The notes under the pieces are model-generated. The model did not search any database and was not told where the DNA came from. It saw only the letters and a list, made by a program, of their open reading frames with translations. Positions 1-13,677 of a stretch of DNA of 64,000 bases are shown one piece after another; within the stretch, counting starts at the first letter, position 1, and each line of letters begins with the position of its first letter. The stretch comes from Felis catus. Its lineage: Eukaryota. A program made the position numbers and the translations under genes. Location of the stretch: positions 16,246,001 to 16,310,000 of the forward strand of contig NC_058383.1 in assembly GCF_018350175.1 (NCBI RefSeq). The letters are read 5' to 3'.

Positions 1-194
1 GTTTGCACATGTTTCCTCTTGTGATTCTCACATCCCTGAGGTCAGCAGTATAGATATCGCTGTCCTCTTTTTAACAGGGGACAGCAAGCTCACAAGAGTT
101 GATGACTGCTACAGGGTCACATTCAGAGCTGGAGCTCAGGCCAGTGATTTCCACAGTGTTCCTTATATTATGCATTGCTAGAGAGTTAACAATT

Positions 195-387
195 GGACGC
201 CTGGGTGGCTCAGTCAGCTAAGCGTCCGACCTCGGCTCAGGTCGTGATCTCGAGGTTCATGAGTTTGAGTTCCACATTGGGCTGTCTGCTCTCAGCACAG
301 AGCTTGCTTTGGATCCTCTGTCTCCCTCTCTCTGCCCCTTCCCCGCTAATGTGAGCTCTCTCTCTCACACACAAAAATAAACATTTA
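195..387 (+). mobile_element. CAN-SINE
   Basis: tRNA-like head, (CT)n, A tail; TSD AGAGAGTTAACAA 180-192/388-400. Confidence 0.92.
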
Positions 388-813
388 AGAGAGTTAACAA
401 CTTACTGGGGCCAGGACAATCTACTGTAAGCTAATACTTAACACTCTGATCACAAATGTTAATGTATATTAATACAGAAGATGAAATTTTATTCCCTAGA
501 ATGTAAGATGTGTTTTACAAAATGTTCAAGTGGTTTCGTTTTTAATGGTCACTGAACTCTGCAAAGTACTAGTTTTAGTATTAATTCATAGAGGACTGTT
601 CAGTACTTTGCTGATCAGTTTCCAACTCTGAACATATTTCTATATATGTTTATTATTTTCCTTTTGAATTGTTTTACTGAGTTTGCCTAAGCACATCATC
701 TTAACTCCCAGGATTCCTAACACTTGCATCAGAAATAGTATGAATTAAGACATTGCCCTGCTTTGAGGGGCACACATATGTATACACACATATGTATATA
801 TTTTTGCCCCATG

Positions 814-1015
814 AATTTTTTTAATGTTTATTTTTGAGAGAGAGAGAGGGAGAAGGCGAACATGGGGGAAGGACAGAGAGAAAGAGGGAGGCAGAGAATC
901 CAAAGCAGGCTCTGAGCTGTCAGTGCAGAGCATGATGCAGGGCTTAAACTCACAAACCACAAGATCATGACCTGAGCCAAAGTTGATGCTCAACCAACGG
1001 AGCCACTGAAGCACC
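814..1015 (-). mobile_element. CAN-SINE
   Basis: Reverse-complement SINE body with (GA)n and T tail. Confidence 0.88.
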
Positions 1016-1325
1016 CTGCCCCGTGTGTTTTCTAATTGAAACTGACAGTCTCCATACTTTCTCTTTTCCTACCTTCCCTTTCTCCCTCTCCCCATTTACT
1101 TCCCCCTTTGCTTCCTTCTATCCATTCATCAAGCATGTTATTGAACATCTATGTTCCAGCCAGAAACTGAAGGCATACATTTAATAATTATTCAAGACTG
1201 AAGAAAAGTCTCCTTCACAGGCAGCCGTGAGAATAAGGGGAAAAGAAGCAGGTTCTCTCAAGTGCTGGTTTGGAGGAGAGCAAAGTGTGGGTCTGAGAAG
1301 GCTTTTAAAAAGGATGATGGGGGGG

Positions 1326-1996
1326 GGGGCGCCTGGGTGGCTCAGTCGGTTAAGTGTCCGACTTCGGCTCAGGTCATGATCTCACGGTCCATGAGTTCCA
1401 GCCCCGCGTCGGGCTCTGTGCTGACCGCTCAGAGCCTGGAGCCTGTTTCAGATTCTGTGTCTCCCTCTCTCTCTGACCCTCCCCCGTTTATGCTCTTTCT
1501 CTGTCTCAAAAATAAATAAATGTTAAAAAAAAAAAAGGATGATGGGGTGCCTGGGTGGCTCAGTTGGTTGAGTGTCCCAACTCTTGATTTCAGCTCAGGT
1601 CACGATCCCAGTGGGATTGAGCCCTGCCTCAGGCTCTGCACTGAGTGTGGAGTCTGGGATTCTCTCTCCCTCTCTCTCTGCCCTGTTCCCCCGCTTGTGC
1701 TCTCTAAAAAATAAAAAAATAAATTTTAAAAAGGAGTAGGGATGATATCACATGAATGGTAATTAAAAATGAGTTGGCATGGAGGCGCCTGGATGGCTCA
1801 GTCAGTTGTCTGACTTTGGCTCAGGTCATGATCTCACAGTTTGTGAGTTCAAGCCCCACGTCGGGCTCTGTGCTAACAGCTCAGAACCTGGAGCCTGCTT
1901 TGGATTTTGTGTTTCACTCTGCCCACCTCCCCCCCCCCCCCCCCCGCCCCACTCATGCTCTCTCTGTCTCTCTCAAATATAAACATTTAAAAAAAG
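1326..1996 (+). mobile_element. Three consecutive CAN-SINEs (~1326-1536, ~1544-1732, ~1781-1996)
   Basis: Three GCCTGG.TGGCTCAGT heads; TSDs AAAAAGGATGATGGG and TGAGTTGGCATG. Confidence 0.92.
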
Positions 1997-2446
1997 TGAG
2001 TTGGCATGTGCAAGTAATATTCACCAGACCTACACACAACATATGGAAAATGAATTTGTAAATTTCAAATATTCCCAATGAAAATTCATAGACAAAATAA
2101 TACAATTCGTTCTTCTATGGACGTTTAATAAAAGGATTTAACAAATTGGGCTAGAATTGCTAAAGTGATTATTTGATAGATTAATATAATGATAGAAGAT
2201 TCCTGTACATCACCAAGTGACCAGACCTCATCTAACCTGGCCTCATAGCAGCATGTGACACAGGTGATCTCATTCTTGATAGACTTTGTTCATTTAGCTT
2301 TCATGACATGCCACTTTCTTGAGTTTCTTCCTGTTTCCCTGGTGGTTTTTCACTCTCTCTTCCTGGTTCCTCCTTACCCTGGCCCTCTTTTTCATCTACA
2401 TTCACTTCCCATAAGAATTTATTTATTTTCCGGGCAATAAAGTCCT

Positions 2447-2664
2447 CTTTATTTATTTAGTATAATCTATTGTCAAATTGGTTAACACACAGTGTGTACA
2501 GTGTGCTCTTGGTCTTGGGGATAGATTCCTGTGGTTCATCGCTTACATACAGCACCCAGAGTTCATCCCAGCAAGGGCCCTCCTCAATGCCCCATCACCC
2601 ATTCTCCCTTCTCCACCCCCCCCCCCCATCAACCCTCAGTTTGTTCTGTGTATTTAAGAGTCTC
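2447..2664 (-). mobile_element. L1 3' UTR fragment (carnivore/felid type)
   Basis: Reverse complement of GAGACTCTTAAA..GAACAAACTGAGGGTTGATGGG..CAATTTGACAATA, similar to the L1 ends at 36.7 kb and 62.5 kb. Confidence 0.85.
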
Positions 2665-3038
2665 AGACAGTTCACAAATGCATATCTCCAGGCGAGGCTG
2701 TGCTCCTGAACTGCAGATTCAAATACACACATACCTGTCTGATACTTCCACCTGAATATCTGCAGAGACATCTCAAACTCAATATAAGCAAAATGATTCC
2801 TGATATTCACTTCCCCAGATCTCTTGCACCTACTTCACCTACAGCCTTCCCCATTCTTTCAGTTGGGGAGGCCAAAAACTTGAGTCACTTTTGGTTTTCT
2901 CTTTCATTCACACTCCACGGTCGGTCGTTCAGGAAATCATTCTGTCTCTGCCATCAAGATACATTCAGAATCTCACCATTCTCCCTACTTCCACTGCTAC
3001 CCCTAGTTCAAGCCACCATTTAAAATGTAAGTCAGATC

Positions 3039-3234
3039 GGGGCACCTGGGTGGCTTGGTTGGGCGTCCGACATCAGCTCAGGTCATGGTGTCACAGTTTG
3101 TGAGTTTGAGCCCCACATCGGGCTCTGTGCTGACAGCTCAGAGCCTGGAGCCTGCTTCAGATTGTCTCCCTCTCTCTCTCCCTCTCCCCTGCTCTGCCTC
3201 TGTCTCTTAAAAAAATGTTAAAAATAAAAAATAG
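3039..3234 (+). mobile_element. CAN-SINE
   Basis: 17-bp TSD AAAATGTAAGTCAGATC 3022-3038/3235-3251. Confidence 0.93.
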
Positions 3235-3971
3235 AAAATGTAAGTCAGATCATGCCCCTCCTCTGCTCAAAACCTTTGAGTGGATCCCACCTCAGAGTAA
3301 AAGCCAAGGTCCTTTCAGTGGCCCCTAACACCCTACTGATCCAGCCCCACGACCTCTGACTTCTCCCACCAGGCAGTCCCTCTCCTCTGTTCCAGCCAGT
3401 GTCTGTGCTGCTCTAGTGCATGCCAGGCATGACCCTCCCTGAGGGTCTCTGCTGTAGCCATTTCCTCAGCGTGGTGGGATCCTCTTCCAAACACTGGCTA
3501 ATTTTATCACCCCTTTTTGCTTAAATCTCAGCTTTTCAGCAAGGCCAACTCCGACCAGATTTAATACTGCATATTGCCCCTCCCAGCCCACCCTCAGAGT
3601 CCTATCTCCATTACCCCCTTCTACCTTCCCCTCCTATAGCACTTATCAACTCCTACCATATCATGTAAGCTACAGTATTTTATGTTTTAATTGCCAGACT
3701 CCTTTCACTGGACTGGAAGCTTCACAAGGGCAGGGGTCACGTTTTGTTCATGATATTATTTTAGGTGTCTGGTGCTTGGCACATAACAGAAACTTTGTTG
3801 ACGTGACTAAAGACTATAGCCTAGTGTGAGGCAGGCTGCATTGTGAAATCCAATGACTTAATTAGGACAGAAATTCCTTTTCCCAGAGTAGGTGTATTCT
3901 GAAAGAGCTCTATTTTAGTTCGTTGCTCTGTGCTTTTCTGAACAGAAAGCTCCTTTAAGAAAGCAACACAA

Positions 3972-4159
3972 GGGGCACCTGGGTCTCGGTTAAGCCTCTG
4001 ACACTTGATTTCAGCTCAGGTCACCATCTCATGGTTTCGGGAGTTTGAGCCCTGCATCGGGCTCTGCACTGACAGCATGGAGCCTGCTTGGGGTTCTCCC
4101 TCCCTCCCTCTCTGCCCCTTCCCCTTCACACACATGTACTTTCTCTCTCTCAAAATAAA
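3972..4159 (+). mobile_element. CAN-SINE
   Basis: TSD AAGAAAGCAACACAA 3957-3971/4160-4174. Confidence 0.92.
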
Positions 4160-4317
4160 AAGAAAGCAACACAAAAAGAGAATAACTGTTTCTAAAAGAA
4201 AATGTCATTCTTGCACATTCTGGTGCTCACCAGGGGAAGGGCCCCTGGATGGGGAATTGGGTAGATGAGGCAATTTGGGGAGCCTCATCCAACTCATCCC
4301 ACAACTGTGAGCTCAGT

Positions 4318-4818
4318 TGTGATGGTTAATTTTGTGTCAGCTTGACTGGCCTCAGGGATGTCCAGATAGCTGGTAAAACATTATTTATGGGTATGTCTGT
4401 GAGGGTGTTTCTGGAAGATCAGCATTTTATTCAACAGAATGAATAAAAGACCCCTCCTCATTAATGTAGGTGGGCATCACTCAATCTTTTGGGGGCCCAA
4501 ATGGAACAAGGTAAAGGAAGGGCAGATTCACTCTGCTTGAGCTGGGATGTTCACCTTCTGCTCTCAGATACTGGAGCTCCTGGTTCTTGGCCCTCTGACT
4601 TTGGACTGGAAGTTAAGCCATCAGCTCTCCTGATTCTCAGACCTTCGGACTTGGACAGAATTATACCCCTGGTTTTCTTGGTTCTCTAGCTGGCAGATGA
4701 CGGACTGTGGGACTTCTTGGCTTCCATAGCCGCAGTAGCCAATTCCTGTAAGTCTCTTTTTGTATATGTGGGTATCTAGATATCCTATTTGTTCTGTTTC
4801 TCTGGAGAACCCTAATAA
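4318..4818 (+). mobile_element. MLT2-type ERVL solo LTR
   Basis: Starts TGTGATGGTTAATTTT..GTCAGCTTGACTGG and ends TCTGTTTCTCTGGAGAACCCTAATA, as in recalled MLT2 termini. Confidence 0.85.
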
Positions 4819-5068
4819 GCCCAGTGAATGATAGAAAATTCCTGACTTCTGCATGGTTCACTTTAAGTCCACACAATTTGTTAGTGAAAAGTCTGTTCCC
4901 AGCAATTTTTTTCCAGTTCTGAATAGCTAGATCATCTTTACTAGTATTACTAATTCTACCATTTTTCTTTATACAGTTTAGAAAGCAGTTTCATATAAAC
5001 AGTTCTTTCACTCACATCCTACAAACATGCTCTGAGCATCTAATCAGTAGAATTGTTAAAATGCATGT

Positions 5069-5266
5069 TTTTAGTTTAGTTTAGTTTTTTTTTTGAGAAA
5101 AGTGGGGGTTGGGGCAAAGAGAGAAACGGAGAGAGAGAATCCCAAGCAGGCTCCACACTGTCAGCACAGAGCCCGACCTGGGGCTCAATCCCCTGAACCA
5201 TGAGATCATGACCTGAGCCAAAGTCAAGAGTCAGATGCTCAACCAACTGAGTCACTCAGGGGCCCC
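5069..5266 (-). mobile_element. CAN-SINE
   Basis: Reverse SINE body; TSD-like AAAATGCA.GTTT. Confidence 0.88.
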
Positions 5267-5699
5267 GAAAATGCAGGTTTCTATGCCAGAGCTCATTATG
5301 CCCTCTCTCTCCTACTGCTTTCTGTGGCATTAAGAAGAGCCAGTTACAAAATTCAGAGCTGAAGGGATGTTAAATGTCATTGGGTTCCACCTCCCCGTTT
5401 TATAGGTTAAGGAAACAGAACACCAAAGAGGGAAGTACCTCATCAAGGAGCAGTGCATGGACTTGAAAGGGCCTGTTCTTCTGACCGCTGCCCCAACCCC
5501 CCAAACTCCATGCACTGGTACACAAAGCCTGTTTCCCAAAACACCTTGTTCAATGGCTAGTTAGAAGCTGGTGAGCTTATTTAATATTTTGCTGTAGAGA
5601 CTCACATATGCCCACTTCACAGGGACAAGCTATTTTTCAAGAGGTACAGGGTCATTCTTAGCACAAGTTCATAAAAAAAAAGACTGCAAACATGTCATA

Positions 5700-6764
5700 T
5701 GTGAAAATCAAGATGTTTTATTGACTTTTATATGTTCTTGGAGAAAACCATTCACATGTAAAAGTTTGACATTTGATATGAGAATTATTCACACTTTATT
5801 TTACACATAAATTCTTTAATTTGGGGGTCAGACCTAATTTTTCACTTCAACAGGACTTGCACATGATTACAGTCACAAAATTGGCACACTGTATTAAAAA
5901 ACTAAATCAGAGCTAGACAAAGTAGGCAGCTTTATTCCAATTTAAATCTCAACATGCACCACCCCTCATACATAATCTTGGAAGTATCTGCTGTGAGCTT
6001 ACTAAAATATTAACTACAGAATGTCTGAGGTCACAAATGATTGTTTACAAAATAAAACCTCTTTTCTTAATGCTACTCAATTTGTTATAGAAAAATATAC
6101 AAATAAAAATTAGTGCTATTCAAGGCATTCATTTCAGAATCACATATGACACATTATTTCCCCTCATATAAAGCCATCACAATATACTAGGTAAAGACTG
6201 AGTTACTGATTAAATGTACCTTAGCAACCACTACCAGCTTAGTAATGACACGTCATTTACTATGCTGACCAATTAAACAGGAGAGAGAATTAAAACACTT
6301 TCAGGTATCAGGTACACTCAGAATTTGTTCCTGGTCTGAGACTCAGAAATAACTGCTAGAGTAACATGACAAAATTTATATTTCTTCCTGATACAAGAAA
6401 TTTGCCTAAAAATCTGTAATTATAAAACAGATTTGCTTTTTATAAAGAAATTGCTAACTTTTTTTTTCATGGTTAGATTCCTATTTGGAGAGGATTCAAA
6501 TTTTAATTTGGGACCTCTTTTCCCAGAGGGTGGGGAGGGGTGGCTGGTGGTTGGTATAAGGTATATTTGAGGACTGTTAACAATCAAACTGTAATAGTTT
6601 CCTTTCTTGTGATTATGTAAATTTTAAAGAAAAGAGGTCTCTCATAAGCTATATACAGCAGTTTACACTTCAGTGTTTCTTTTTCACTTGATATACAATT
6701 AAAATTAGTTTATGACAAATACTTGTCACATAAATTTATGTAGGCACATCTAAAATCTGCAGCT
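5700..6764 (-). other. NIPSNAP2: NIPSNAP2 3' UTR (approximate end)
   Basis: AT-rich stretch with no recognisable repeats after the stop codon, ending in a cluster of polyA hexamers. Confidence 0.65.
5717..5936 (-). terminator. Candidate NIPSNAP2 polyadenylation signals
   Basis: Minus-strand AATAAA at 5931-5936, 5795-5800 and 5717-5722; ATTAAA at 5815-5820; U-rich tract downstream at ~5673-5681. Confidence 0.6.
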
Positions 6765-6829
6765 TTACTGGAGGGGTGAGGTCTTCAGTGGGATCATGAT
6801 TCTGGATTCCATTTCCTGAATAAGTGGGA
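6765..6829 (-). CDS. NIPSNAP2: NIPSNAP2 exon 10 coding part
   Basis: CAG| (V)[23 protein letters not shown]. Confidence 0.96.
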
Positions 6830-9800
6830 CTGAAAACAAGGATCAAGATTACCGTGCTTGTTCTTTTCTAAACAGATTATGGTACATATACATTAACGAA
6901 TATGTTGCTGAGAACGTTCAGAGGACATGTTGCTTAAAATCAGAATAGAGGGAAATATAGGACTGATCTCAGGGGCAGAAATGTACAAGCTAATGGTAGA
7001 TCAATTAACATCCTATGAGATGTTATTAGATTAAAGCAGATTCTGTCTGGAGATGTGTTTCATTTGTAGGGAATTAGGAAAGTCCATGTTTTAAGAAAAA
7101 TGGTGCTTTATCAAAAGGTTGAGAACTCTGAACTAAAATAAAGTTATATAGGGGCGCCTGGGTGGCTCAGTCGGTTGGGCGTCCGACTTTGGCTCAGGTC
7201 ACGATCTCACCCTGTGTGGGTTCGAGCCCTGCATCAGGCTCTGTGCTGACAGCTCAGATCCTGGAGCCTGCTTGTCTCCCTCTCTCTCTGCCCTTCCCTA
7301 CTCACACTCTGTCTCTCTGTATCTCTCAAAAATATATAAACATTGAAAAATTTTAAATAAAGTTGTATAAAATCAAATAATACTGCATTTGACTATACTC
7401 TGTAAAGGAAAAGATACACGGTACTTCAAAAACTGTCACTGTTGAATAAAATAGGCCTCTGGAAACTAATGAAACTGTAAGAACAGGCAACAAAGTCACA
7501 TGCAATTATATGGTGTTTTGAACTAAAAGACAAGATAATACTTATTTTCTAGAACAAACTACTCTTTGATTTTTGTTAGTAGTATATGAGCTTAAATGTA
7601 CCTGAAATGCAACATGATTGGTACTTATTACCTGTGTCAGTATTTCTGGGTTGTATTCAGCCCAACTGTTCTTACAAAAATCAAACAACCAGGATTTCAT
7701 AGCATACATGCATGCAGGTATGCATGCGCATGCACAGACATGTACATACAGAAAGTCAAAATGTCAATTTTCAAAATTTTTAATTGCTGTATTAAATTAT
7801 AATGTTTTTGGGAACAGATAATTTTGATGAGAAAGGGAAAGCTTAGGAAAAAATTGTATAATAAATATTCAGAAAATATAGAAAAATACAAAAAAAAAAG
7901 GTAATGATGTGAAGTTTACATCATGCAAGGGTCTGAAACTGTACCAGACAACGTACATAGTTTTTTTTGTTTTTTTAAGATTTTTTTTTTTTTTTTGCAC
8001 CCAATGTGCGGCTCGAACTTACAACTCTGAGATCAAGAGTTGCATGCTCCACTGACTGAGCCAGCCAGGCTCCCCACAAACATACTTGAAAGAATGAAAA
8101 TTCCTTATTGAAAAGAAGTCATGCAACTATTAAAGAAAAATCTGACTAATCTTCATCCCCCCAAACTTATGATTCACCATCCTAGAGCAACATACTATTT
8201 AAAAAAAAAAGTACAAGGGGCACCTAACTGGCTCAGTCAGAAGAGCATGCGACACTTGAGCTCAGAGTCGTGAGTTCGAGGTCCACGTTGGGTGCAGAGA
8301 TTACTCAAAAATAAATTAATTAATTAAAAAGTAACATATTAGCTTTAGGGTGAAAGAACATAAAACAGTAAGATGAGAAGAATGACAAGTTTTATGTCTT
8401 GAAAATGTTACCTGTATAATACACCAATTCTTCCCAGCCATGTTTATGCCATGCTGCATTCCGTATATCTTCCCTGGTCTGAAGATCCTTGTAAGCTGAA
8501 AAATAACCACACGGAAGAAACAAGACTTAACCCAAACACACTGTCCTGCATTCCACTAGCTATGTCCAACAAGTACTGATTCAGCTGCTCAGCTGGTTTT
8601 CTCAAAGCAACTACTGAGGGCATTTAGTACTAAGCTGGGATAATTGTGAGTTGGCTATTCTGAGAAAAATTATGTTAGGCCTTGTGAGAGAAGCAAATAA
8701 ACAGATCTTTAAATTTTACAGTCTAGTGGATTCAAGACCTACCTTTCAAACAGAGGCTCTTCAATAATGTTAAACTCATAACCAGAAACTGTCAGACTAT
8801 AATTAAGCAATATTCAGTTTTGTTCAACATTTCCAAAGCACTACAATTATCTGGGTGAGAGACTGTGTTCAATGCAGTGGAGAACAAAAAGACAAGTAAA
8901 GACAAGGTCAACTGTTGAGCGCTGTGGAATACTCGAGAACAGAGCCCACAGGAACAGGGAGGAGACTGGAGAGAGGTGTCTGGAAGGTGTGATTTGACCA
9001 GGTGGGTCGGGCTCAGAGGTTGAAAAGAATGTCACTGACAGATAGTAACAGAAGACAAAGGCATGCCAGGTGGAGAGAAGAGCATGGTCAAAGGTATCAC
9101 AGTCCTTGGTGTCACATGGCACAATTCAGGTATCTCATCTGGGTGCCTTGGTTGCCAAATCCCAGCCTGGCAAGATCCTTCCAACTACTCACCAGGGAAA
9201 TGCCTCTTGACAGGGTCAGACAAGATTAAAAGGACAAGAATCAGGGCTTCTAGTTTCTCTATTCTGGGACACACACCCTATTCTTCACAGGGCTTCTTTC
9301 TCCTTATGAGAAGACCTACCCTTGTAGGTATAGCAACTTAATCACCTAAAGATAAAATTTCCCTCAACTAGTAATAGAGTATAAATTTAGTACCTAAAAT
9401 TGTGAAGAGGCTGAAAAACAGAAGGGAAAGAAATCTTTTACCTCTTACCACCCAGAGCAAAACAATTTAGCATTCATATGATAAGCAGCAGCATCCAACT
9501 GAGGGCAGGTGCATGGCCAGTGCACTGTGTGGTGACTCCCCCTTGCAGGGAACAGGTTGGAAAGGGCTGTGTTCTTTTTTTTAATTTCAGTTTTTTAATT
9601 TTCTTACTTAAATTTTTTTTAATTTGGTAAAATATGCATAGCAAAATTAACTTTTAACCATTTTAAAATGTACAATTAGGTGGCATTAAGTAATTCACAA
9701 TCATCCCACTTTATTATCCATCTCTGAAACTTTTTCACCATCCCAAATTAAAACTCTGTATCCACTGAACACTAACTTCCCATTTTCCCCTCCAGGCAGC

Positions 9801-11946
9801 CCCTAGGAGCCTCTACCCTGCATTCTGTCTCTGTGAATTTGCCTATGCTAGGCACCTCATGTAAGCGGAATCTAATGTTTTCAAGGCTCATCTATGTTGA
9901 AGCATGTATTGGCATTTCGTTCCTTTTTATGGAAACAATGTTGTATTATATATACATACCACATTTTGTTTATCTGTTTATCCATCAGTGGACACTTGGG
10001 TTTGAGGCTTTTTAAAGGCAGGAAGCACTTGGGCATGTTCATATTACTGGGGAGAGGGAGCCCACAGATGGGGGTGGTGGAACAGATGGAAGGGGCAGGG
10101 CCTGAAGGAAGGTGAGGAAGGAATGGCATCAAGTGCGAGGGTAAAAGGAAGAGGTGCTGTGTTGTAGAATGACCTGCTTTGAAAAAGCCTGAAGTGCCCA
10201 AGTCTGAGCCTGGTTCAGTTACTGACGATTCTAGGTGATTGATTTATCATTTGTGAGGCACAGGTACCTCATTGTGGTTTGTAGTGGTGAGGATTAAAGA
10301 GAATGATGCAGAAAATAACACGCTGGAGGTGCCTGATAAACATGGTTCTCTAAAAAATGTGGAAAAGTGAGGGTAAGTTTTTGGGGCAGGCTACTGAGAA
10401 TTCATCTCTGCATATCTCGATACTTTTTCCTATATAATAGGGTAGTGGACATTTGGGACATTGACTGGGGACAACAAAGGAAGGTAGAGAAGAGTACTGC
10501 CTAAGAAAAGACACATGCTGCAATCTGGCCGCTCTCCAATGCCAGAGCACCACACTGTTCCTGGCTTCTGCGTCTCTGCATGGAGGAGCATCTTGGTGAA
10601 CTCCTTGTCAACTGCTGTTGTGAAGCCTTAAGTCCTCCCCATGGGACAGAGTTGAGGGTCTATGCTCCCCACAGCTTCTGTCAGAGCTCTGCCACTTACA
10701 CCCGCCAGTGCCTGTCTGCTCTGTCACCCGTGAGTCCCTATCCAGACACACTGGAAACCCTGACATGAGTGGAGTGGGGACACGGCTTGCCCTCTGCCTG
10801 AGAGTCAAAGCACATGGCAACCCTGACCATCAAGTTCCTGTGCTCACATACCGAGGGTGTCTGGGAAGGTGCGCAGGAGCCAAGCCTGAGGGGAAGGTGA
10901 GGGAAGAGGTCTGACTTTTCAGTTTATATCCTCCAGACAGACCACATAATTATTTAAAAAACAAAACAAAACAAAACAACTTCACCCCTACCTTCAACCC
11001 ATAAAGGTTAAATTATGTTTAGCATAATCTCTAAAGGCAGGGACATATGTTTTGAAGATTTGTTCCCAAATCTATTATATTTGACAACTCTGATATTTAT
11101 GAAGTCAAATCCCAGTTAGCTAGAGAACCAAGGTCCCTAGGACAACGTTGCACCTGATACTCGTGGGAGCATCTATCATTTGGTGCAGGGTTTTCAGTTG
11201 CTTACACACCAGGGAGGCCCAGTGTGTGCAGCTGAGATCAGCAACTGGATGAAGCAGTGATTGGTGGAGGTGAGGATGGGGGTCTCTTCCCCAGACCCTG
11301 ATGGTGTAAAAACTACTTTTCTTGCCTCAAGTTATCTACTTCAGACTTAGGTCCTCAGCAGGTCTCTTAACATTTAGCCAGTCTGCACTATTTGTAGTTT
11401 TCTGACCACTGTTTATAAAAATTCTCATATCTCCATCACTGTTCTAGCCCTTCCTGCTTGACTTTACCTGCAACCTATTTAGATCCAAAAGTCTAGCTCA
11501 TATTCACCTTTTACTGATTTTCCTCAACTACATGTAAGTTTATATCCCTTTCAGCGCTGGGAGTGCCCCGAATATAACTATGTTACTGATCACACACTGC
11601 CTCATGGCATATCCCTTATGTTGTCTTAATCCTTCATTAGCCCTGTCACTTATCTTTGTAAGCCTGCCACGCTAACACAGCAGGCTCTCAGGGTGCAGCA
11701 CGTGGTGGGACTGAGCAGTCAAACAACATCTCAGTTTATTAATATGGTCTGGAAATGATTTCCACTTTTCATTTTTTAAACTTTAATAAATAGGGGTGCC
11801 TTGGTGGTTCAGTCGGTTGAGCAATGGACCTTGGCCCAGGTCATGATCTCACAGTTCGTGGGTTCGGGCCCCACGTTGGGCTTACTGCCATCAGTGCAGA
11901 GCCGGCTTCAGGTTCTGTTCCCCTCTCTCTGCCTTTTCTCTACTGG

Positions 11947-11996
<50 letters not shown>

Positions 11997-13619
11997 ATAA
12001 ACAAACATTTGAAAAAAACCCACAAAAACTTTAATAAACATACAGACGTGCCCAGAATGTACCAAGCTATTACTTAGACCTAATTCCTGTTCTTAGCAGG
12101 GAGACAGACACAAATAGCCACAATGTGACGACCTACATGATACTGGGCTCTGGGGGTTCAAGAGGAGAGTGACACTCATTGGGGGGGGCGAGGGGGCACA
12201 CCTGAGTCAGGCCCTGAGAGATACTAAAATGGTGCCAAACAAAAGTGGGCAGGGTTGGAAAAGTACACAGAGAAGGGCCTCTGGACAATGTAATCAGACA
12301 CAAGGTAGGCAGCGAATGAGTGTGTGGGGAGGTGTCTCTCTGGTAAAATGCAGGATTGTCTCTGAGGAGTCATGGGAAGTGTCTAGAAAGGGACAACAGT
12401 TTTACCATCTTCCCTCTCCCACGGCTGCCTGTTCCTTTCACCACTATTCCCACTCCCACGTCAGCTGCTAATGTGCCACAAATCTACGGGCCTTTCACTG
12501 CTGACCTCTTTCCTTGTAGATAGTTCATCACTGTTGACCTCTTTCCTTGTAGATAGCCCAGCATTTACTTTCCATCTATGATGTTTGGATTTGCTATGGT
12601 GTTTAAAGTTACTGACTTGAGATGTGCTTTATTGCCTAGTTTAACTTATTTGGTAATGAACCCTGAAATCCCAGTAACACAAAAATGAAGGAAAAAGTAC
12701 ATACCCCAAAGATGATGCACCATATATAGCTGCCCAATCTGAGAGAAGAATCCTCCAACTGCTTCATTACCATCCTGTCTGAAGCGAATTGCACGAGCCC
12801 TGTAAGGGACAATGACAATGTTCAGATACTGAATCAGGTACATTAAAAAGAATCAGATTTTTTCTATCCTCAGAGCAAGTTGTTCAATATGAAGACTGTT
12901 TTTTAACTACCAAATGCAATCGAATGTTATTTTAATATACAGAACCTATATAAGATGTAAATGTACTTTTCTGTAACTAGAAGAGTCATTTTTAGGGGAA
13001 ATGGACAGTAATGACTAAACAAAATCAATGTTTCAGAGTACATGGTTGCACTCCTGATTCTTGACATAAAGTCAAGAAAATTGGCAGAGGATAGGACCTG
13101 TCAACTTAAACAGAATTGCTTCTCCAAGAACCTGCTGAGGGAAAGTGAGGAAAACCTGGATATTAGAACACTCAAGATGCCAAGAGTTACTCTATCTAAG
13201 GGAGACAGGGGCCACCACTGGAGAGTGGGGTTTAAGACAGAGGAGAAGGGAGCACACCCCCAAAGCAGCTGCAGACCATGATTTCTGGGAGACACATGAG
13301 CTCTCTAAACTCGAAGGGAGATTCTTCAACCTCTTGGACAGCACATGGAAAAACATGAATGTGGAGCTTCCTGCTGATATACCATCACTATCAAAACTGG
13401 AACTGCCTCGTGGTATTATAATAGTGTTGTATGGTGACAGAAGGTAGCTACACTTGCCCAATCACTGTGCTATACACCTGAAACTAATTTAACATGTGGG
13501 TCAATTATATCTCAATAAAAAATGAAAGAAAAAGATTCTGCCTCTTGTTTTTTTTTCCCCCTTACCAGAATGAACCATCAGGAAAATGAGTACCAAATGG
13601 CATTCCTATGTGTGGGAGA

Positions 13620-13677
<58 letters not shown>

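Larger units (their letters stand above)
2200..3800. mobile_element. Degenerate L2-like LINE remnant interrupted by L1 and SINE
   Basis: L2-type phrases (catctcaaactcaatat, aaatgtaagtcagatcatg..ctgctcaaaac, ctggaagcttcacaagggcagg). Confidence 0.6.

Noticed and set aside
1..5600. PSPH exons, expected next to NIPSNAP2 from recalled human synteny
   Set aside because: No PSPH coding sequence recognised; 400-750 could be UTR but cannot be supported.
7721..7734. Palindrome TGCATGCGCATGCA resembling an NRF1 site
   Set aside because: Imperfect match within a purine-pyrimidine low-complexity tract in the last intron, far from any CpG island.
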